This document shows positions 61,063-64,000 of a stretch of 64,000 nucleotides of DNA, piece after piece (position 1 is the first letter of the stretch; each line of letters begins with the position of its first letter). Made by a program: the position numbers and the translations under genes. This DNA comes from Podarcis pityusensis (lineage: Eukaryota). The notes beneath the pieces are model-generated. The model ran no database searches and was not told the DNA's origin. It saw nothing but the letters and a program-made list of their open reading frames with translations. Where the stretch lies: assembly GCA_964106645.2 (NCBI GenBank), contig OZ067042.1; one strand, written 5' to 3'.

Positions 61063-62104
61063 GCACAAGAAAATGTTCATCTGAAAAGGCCCTTGGATAG
61101 TGAGATACTGAGCTCAAGCACCTGTGGTCTTTACAGCATTTAGTACTGTGTTAGCACAAACAATTTAATAAAAAATTCTTTCCTTTGTATACAGCTAGCT
61201 TTGAAAAATTATTCATATTCAAGGTTAAAATTCAGGAACCTGACATTTTTGGCACAGAGTCCACACCTAACTCTGCCTTATATACATAATTTAATCTCCT
61301 TGGGTTTGGGGAACACAGCTCAGTCAAGTTCTACCTTGGTCTAATTATACTTTTGTTTACAGAAAACAGAATGATAAGAATATATTCAAGGGTAAAGGGG
61401 TGGAATTCCCCCCCTTCCAAATGTTTGGATGATTAAATTCACCATACTTGGGTGAACAAATTCTCCTTTGCTTTTGTGCACTTAACTTCCATACAGTATG
61501 CCAACTATTGTGCAGAATATGATGATGTGGCATCTGTTCCTACACGCTACTATTACGTGTATATTATTAACCTGAAGCATTCCAGAGTAACTAAAGTGCA
61601 TTCAAATCACCCCACAGCATACTTAATCACATTTTGGAAGCTACGACAGAAGATTCCACCCCTTTATTCCTCAAATGACAGATGCAGTGGCTAAAGAATT
61701 ACGTTAAATGACTTTCTGGCCCCAATCCACAAAGATTTAAGTTCCCATCCATGCACAGCCTCTAATCTATAGCATTTAAGTGTAGATCCTTAGTCATAAT
61801 GAGATATCTCTGCTACTTATGCCCACTGGAAAGCCCTTCTTAATCACAGGAGTTGTCTGTGGGTATTGGAATGTCTAGTCACCTGTGAACCCAGTGCATT
61901 GCTCTTGTGCCAACAACTGATAATAGCTCTCTTCAGTGCTATTTTTCTAGAAAAAGAGATGCCAGAACTGCCCAAGAACACCTTCCTTGTTCTCTTATAT
62001 TGGCAATGGCACCCACCTGAGAGGTGCTGGAACTGAGTTCCGGCTGAAAAAAGCCCTGGCTTTCCTTGTACAAGCATTAAACATTGAAAATTAAGAAGCT
62101 GTAG

Positions 62105-62372
62105 CAGTGGTTGTCACCCACTGGGACTAGTTGGATGGGAGGCCAACAGTAGGTGGTGCCAGAGCCAATGAAAGACATAGCCAACTAATTTTAAGTTTTG
62201 TCCCCATCCTCCTGAGTGCTACAAGGGCAGAACTGAGGCTAAGGAGGAGAATGTTCACTGCCAGTGCCAGTCCTGGACTGGTTGTGAGTAAGAAGGCAGG
62301 CAGGCGGGTGGGAACTGGCTAAGGGTTGGTGGGACACTGCCCCTATTTGCCCTAACAAATGAGCCTCCGCTG
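62105..62372. mobile_element. hAT-like non-autonomous element inside the predicted AFAP1L2 3' UTR
   Basis: CAGTGG...CCGCTG ends; 8-bp TSD AGCTGTA(G/C). Confidence 0.75.
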
Positions 62373-62990
62373 AGCTGTACTTGTTTTTTGGTCAGGAATT
62401 CTTTGTGGAAAGTCAGGCTGCATTGTGTACAACAATAATAATACCTTTTAGCTGTGTCTCTTGGTCTCCCTGGCCAAAATTGTCTCCGTTGGTTGGAACA
62501 GCTCTTCTCCAACAGAAAAGTCTGACACAGAGACTTGTATTTACTTAATCAGCTTTCAGGATTTTAGCTCAGGAAACTGAATTTACCTCCGTGATCCCCA
62601 GGCCCTGGTGTATCAGAAGAACATTAAACAGATCTGGCAAGAATTCAGTCCTTGCTGTTCTATTGCTAACAACAAATCCTGGATTGGACAACAGTAAAAC
62701 ACCAAAATAGAAATACACAAAGGCATCATTATGTACATTGGCCGGGTTAAAAGCAAGGTTTCCACTTGGGTTAACTCTCTCAGCTGCACGGCACTCCTCT
62801 GCTAAAAAAGGAGCAAATTCCTTAGTCTGATGAAGGCCATGTTGGGTTCTGACCCTGGTCCCTCCATTATTTCTTGGTGTACAGCTGGCCATGTTTTACC
62901 TCATCTAGACCATTCTGTACTTGCAAGAGAATCCTGTAGTCCACGAATGGCCACTTCTAATATTGAGTCCATTATTGGTGCTAGGATTTC

Positions 62991-63017
62991 CTAACTAGCA
63001 CCTTTCTTCTCCCATTC
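62991..63017 (-). CDS. AFAP1L2: AFAP1L2 last coding exon (EWEKKGAS*)
   Basis: ttttgttttgcag acceptor; EWEKKGAS matches the mammalian C-terminus; TAG. Confidence 0.93.
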   Translation of the reverse strand, partial: EWEKKGAS

Positions 63018-63165
63018 CTGCAAAACAAAAATGGAAAAATAGGCCCCACTTGAGGGCTTATCCTTATCTTTATATATTTCTTTCCAAAACCCCAATAGTT
63101 TTAAATATGCCATAGGCCATGGGCAAATTATTCTTGCCATAATAAGCACTACAGGCATGTCTTAC

Positions 63166-63288
63166 CTTAGCTTTCTGTAGAACTGTTCCTTTCCCTGTGA
63201 CCATGACAGATAAAGGCCGGTTTTTTAGTGCCATTGCTGAATTGACAGGCGAGTTTTCTGTGCCATTCATAGGGTTGGCAACCTTCAT
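63166..63288 (-). CDS. AFAP1L2: AFAP1L2 (XB130) penultimate coding exon (MKVANP...PVNSAMALKNRPLSVMVTGKGTVLQKAK)
   Basis: 123 nt, acacag / AAG|gtaaga on minus strand; LKNRPLSV..TGKGTVLQKAK is the AFAP1L2 C-terminal motif. Confidence 0.93.
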
Positions 63289-64000
63289 CTGTGTTTATGG
63301 GGAAAAGATAATAGCTGTGGTCATACACAATTGTCTAAAATAGTTCATCAGGCACAGGTCAGAGAGCCCTTCTTGCCGAACATTAAAGATCTCATATTCC
63401 ATCATCACAAAGCATCAGCAATAAAAGTGCTGTTTATTAATGGCTTATTAGATCTACCTCTGGGCACTGTTTATTGACTTTATGCTTTTGGTTTTAATTC
63501 TGTTGCTTTATCTGTTGTTATCAGGAACGGCCAATGAGGTGCTACATTTATAAGCCACCCTCCCAACTCCAGCACTGCTGCGTACCAGGACAAGGTGGGG
63601 CAGAGCAGTGGCAAGGTCAGAGCTCCATGGGGTGCTCTGGCAAAGGCAATCTGGCACACCCACCAAGGGGAACCCACACAGCCCTGACTGTGCTGACAAT
63701 TGGCTCCACCCAAAGACTGTTGCAGGACGTGGCAGTGACACGAGAGGGGCTCGGCAGCCACTTCTGATGGCAACGCATAAAACTCATAGCTATGTGGCAG
63801 TCTGTAAGTCTAGGTGTATTCCTCAAACTGAACAACGTTCCTCATCCCTGATGTAACTGGATCTATAGCTCCGTGACAATATGGCTCCTTGGGGTATCAT
63901 AACTGAGGTATCAGTCAACCCCACATGCTATTTAGGCCTAGCTGTTGGGAGACACAGGCATCCATATTGCTATTACCAGCCTCCAAGGGTGATCATGTGC

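Overview
Vertebrate (squamate, probably lacertid lizard) genomic DNA, intron-rich, with the gene order TDRD1(+) - VWA2(+) - AFAP1L2(-) also known from mammals. I could splice by eye 20 TDRD1 coding exons (2221-23215; 952 aa, four extended Tudor domains plus a C-terminal coiled-coil-like tail; the MYND/N-terminus lies upstream of the window), the complete 13-coding-exon VWA2/AMACO ORF (33584-57182; 790 aa) and the last two AFAP1L2 coding exons (minus strand, ending EWEKKGAS*). All junctions are GT-AG and phase-consistent. A CpG island at ~25.4-26.5 kb is the likely VWA2 promoter. Introns carry squamate repeats: Sauria SINEs, a Bov-B fragment, CR1, a Rex1/Babar-like fragment, Squam3, L2 remnants and many Tc1/mariner- and hAT-type MITEs. 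The most interesting unexplained signal is a set of well-formed minus-strand splice sites running from the CpG island towards the TDRD1 3' end, a possible unannotated antisense gene, plus a signal-peptide-like antisense ORF in the island; both are inferences. Gene and repeat-family names come from recognition of the sequences, not from database searches.
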